This document shows positions 61,646 through 64,000 of a stretch of 64,000 nt of DNA, in pieces; positions within the stretch are counted from its first letter, which is position 1, and each line of letters opens with the position of its first letter. The DNA is taken from NCBI GenBank assembly GCA_965197725.1, contig CBDANQ010000061.1, positions 96,001 through 160,000 on the forward strand. Direction: 5' to 3'. The stretch is from Longimicrobiales bacterium. Its GTDB lineage: Bacteria > Gemmatimonadota > Gemmatimonadetes > Longimicrobiales > Gaopeijiaceae. The position numbers and the translations under genes are program-made. Below the pieces are notes generated by a model. The model did no database searches, had not been told where the DNA came from, and saw nothing but the letters and a program-made list of their open reading frames with translations.

Positions 61646-63102
61646 GATGGTGTCCCGCTGACAGTTGAAGGTGGTGGCGCCGGAGAGTCTCTTGGTTAGC
61701 CTGTCTTTCTCATTTCGGCAACCGGTTCATGGTCGTCGAGGTGGGCCCTGAGCATCCAGAGCTGGTCGTAGCCGATGATCCTCCGGTAGCTCTTCTCGGT
61801 TTCCACGAACGAGGCCGCAGCCCAGCGCAAGGCCATCGCTCCGTTCTTCCAGTTAGTCACCCTGCGGGTCTTCCGTCTTACGCCCGAGTGGGTGCTGTCG
61901 ATCAGGTTGGTCGAGCCCAGGCACTTCCTCAGCCGCGGTGGGAGGCCGAGCCGGTTTATGGTGAACATCTCGCTGAGGCCTTCGCGCAGGCTGGCTGCGG
62001 CCGAGGGGTGGTCGCGCTCGAGCCATCGGGCGAGCTGCTCGAGCTTCTGCTCGCCCTGCTTCGCGTCCAGCTTCATCGCCGCCCGGAACGCCGCCTTCAC
62101 CTGAGGATGCTGATCCTTCGGCAGATGACCCAGCACGTTGCGGAGCTTGTGGTTGCGGCAGCGCTGGATGGGGTGACGTTGGCCGAACACCTTCTCGATC
62201 GCCTTCCTGAGCGCTTTCGAGCCATCGATCACGAACAGCCGCCGCCTGCCCGGGTCCAGGCCGCGCTCGACCAGATCCTCTAGGAGCGCGCTGGTCACCT
62301 CGGCGTTCTCACTCGCTCCTTCCCTCACGCCCAGCACGTGCTTCTTTCCGTCTGAGTCCACGCCTACCGCAGCAAGCACGTGGTGCGAGCCCATCTGGAT
62401 CCCGTCCAGGTAGATCACCAGGAGGTCCCACGCATCCAGCCGGCGCTCCATCAGCTCCTTCAGCACGCGCTCCGAGGCCTCGACCGTCTCACGGCTCACC
62501 GCCGACTTGCTCACCCCGACCGTGTCGGCCATCTCACCGATCACACGGCCGTACTTTCGCGTGCTCACCCCCGCCATCAGGACCTCGAGCATCCGATCCG
62601 CCACGGCGCCCGGTCTCCGCATCGCTGCGTACGCCGGCACCTCGACCTCGCCACCCTCCCCGGCGCCCCGGCGCCTGAGCCGTGGCCGCTCCACACGCAC
62701 CTTCCGGTCCAACAGGTAAACCACACCACCCTGCCGGCCATACCACACCGTGTCGTCTTCCGCTCGTGACCGACCTGCCTGCTTCACGCCTGCCACACCC
62801 TCGGCGCTCATCTCCAGCACCGCTTCGATCGTCGCTCGTCCCATCACCTGGATGACTTCGTCGATCGCGACCTCCGTCTGCTCCACGAGCTCAAGCATCG
62901 GAAGCAGAAACTGCCCCTCCCGCTTCAGGAACTCCCTGATCGCGCGCTTGTCCGCCCGATCCCTTACCTCGTACGTTCTCTTCATCGTGGTGGCTCCGTG
63001 TTGGGGTTTTTGCCTACCCGAGCCTATCGGCCCGGGACCCCCGGAGCCACCACTTTTCTTTCTCCCCTATCAGGAACCTTCAACTACGGTTGGGACAGCT
63101 TC
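61646..63102 (-). mobile_element. IS256-family element, copy 2, intact (1457 bp)
   Basis: Imperfect ~27-bp IRs; 8-bp TSD CCTCCAGT at 61638-61645 and 63103-63110. Confidence 0.95.
61696..62985 (-). CDS. IS256 (Mutator-type) transposase
   Basis: GVSTRK, SKSAVS, IYLDG, DLVERGL, VIDG, QRCRNHK, STNLIDS. Confidence 0.95.
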   Translation of the reverse strand: MKRTYEVRDRADKRAIREFLKREGQFLLPMLELVEQTEVAIDEVIQVMGRATIEAVLEMSAEGVAGVKQAGRSRAEDDTVWYGRQGGVVYLLDRKVRVERPRLRRRGAGEGGEVEVPAYAAMRRPGAVADRMLEVLMAGVSTRKYGRVIGEMADTVGVSKSAVSRETVEASERVLKELMERRLDAWDLLVIYLDGIQMGSHHVLAAVGVDSDGKKHVLGVREGASENAEVTSALLEDLVERGLDPGRRRLFVIDGSKALRKAIEKVFGQRHPIQRCRNHKLRNVLGHLPKDQHPQVKAAFRAAMKLDAKQGEQKLEQLARWLERDHPSAAASLREGLSEMFTINRLGLPPRLRKCLGSTNLIDSTHSGVRRKTRRVTNWKNGAMALRWAAASFVETEKSYRRIIGYDQLWMLRAHLDDHEPVAEMRKTG

Positions 63103-63343
63103 CCTCCAGTACCTGCCTACGTGTCTCAGGGTCTGACTGCTGGTAGCACCGTCTCAGCGTCTCGGTCTTCAACTTGGCGTCCTGTCTGCTCATTTGATCT
63201 AGACAAGTCAGTCGTCCGGTGAGCGTCGCACTTCTGCAGCGGGACAAGAATGGTGACAGGAAGTAAGGCGCGCGAGCCTCTAACCCACTCTAAAGGGGTC
63301 GCTTGTTAGCTGCCGCCCCGTTCTCGGACCACCGGTCCGCCCG

Positions 63344-64000
63344 CTAGTCCAACCCGAAGGACCTGTACCTACTCGGTGCAGCCGCAGCGAGCTCCGGCAT
63401 CAGCGTCTCCCCCTCCGTGCGGGCGATGAATGCAGAGCAGCTCAAGTCGCCCGTCACGTTCACCGACGTGCGCAGCATGTCCAGAATGCGATCCACGCCG
63501 AGGATGAGCGCGATGCCTGCCTGCACGTGTTCGCCCATGCCAACGGAATTCAAGACGATGATGAGGGTGATGATGCCGGCAGACGGCACGCCGGCCGTGC
63601 CGACCGAGGCGAGCGTCGCCGTCAGCACGACGACCAGTTGATCCGCCAGTGACAGGTCGAAGCCATAAATCTGAGCGATGAACATGACGGCGACCGCTTG
63701 ATAGAGGGCGGTGCCGTCCATGTTGATGGTTGCCCCGAGCGGCAGCACGAAGCTCGCGACCTCTTCCGAGACACCGAGCTCGTCCTTCGCGGTCTCGATC
63801 GTCAGCGGCAGCGTGGCGTTCGATGAAGACGTCGAGAATGCGAGCAGCGGGACCGCTGCGATTCGCTTGTAGAAGCGCAGCGGATTCAGCCCCCCGAGGA
63901 ACCTCAACACGAGCGCGTAGGTGCCGAAGGCGTGCAGCAGCAGCCCAAGCACCGCCACCCCGGTGTACCTCAGGAGGCTCTGCAGCAGATCGAGCCCGAA
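63344..64000 (-). CDS. Dicarboxylate/amino acid:cation symporter (5' end outside window)
   Basis: AFSTSSSNATLP, LPLGATINMDGTA, SVGTAGVP, DRILDMLRTSVNVTGD. Confidence 0.93.
   Translation of the reverse strand, partial: FGLDLLQSLLRYTGVAVLGLLLHAFGTYALVLRFLGGLNPLRFYKRIAAVPLLAFSTSSSNATLPLTIETAKDELGVSEEVASFVLPLGATINMDGTALYQAVAVMFIAQIYGFDLSLADQLVVVLTATLASVGTAGVPSAGIITLIIVLNSVGMGEHVQAGIALILGVDRILDMLRTSVNVTGDLSCSAFIARTEGETLMPELAAAAPSRYRSFGLD

Noticed and set aside
63278..63311. attC-like site CTCTAAC...GTTAGCT; also GTTAGGC at 9423
   Set aside because: Too short for an attC or lacking a partner box; no cassette array; more likely a simple hairpin or chance
1..64000. CRISPR array, rRNA, prophage or recognisable defence system
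   Set aside because: No repeat-spacer arrays, cas, rRNA, phage structural or defence genes recognised by eye

Overview
High-GC bacterial chromosomal window. Gene content and order suggest Gemmatimonadota (inference). (1) 1-12.9 kb is accessory and decayed: amidohydrolase, IS3 remnant, an NHL/DUF1592-cytochrome/DUF1552/ankyrin cluster, acetamidase, a tRNA-Pro 3' half flanked by att-like repeats, a Ser/Thr kinase pseudogene, an IS256 end and a broken tRNA-Gln 5' half. (2) 13-51.7 kb is core: recA, alaS-...-gmhA-cca-rarA-hflX-pdxJ-ispE, an arsenosugar-associated-type operon with two gene fusions, a Ccm system I*-type operon, glmM-glmS-dtd-maf-glpK, metB/C, purD-mutM and two M16 peptidases. About 10 small indels, mostly +1, cluster in 43-51 kb and look like sequencing errors. 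(3) 51.7-64 kb is an IS hotspot around tRNA-Arg(TCT): two IS5/IS1182-like copies, two IS256 copies (one interrupted) and an IS21. Most notable observations: a shared GACT-TTCG-N7-TTCG-G motif in the promoters of recA and a PA0069-type DNA-repair radical SAM gene (candidate SOS operator); a hidden integron-integrase-like fragment where recX usually sits; a probable ATT start for hflX; and 31-bp-phased repeats beside the tRNA-Pro fragment. All family assignments are from motif recognition by eye, not database searches.
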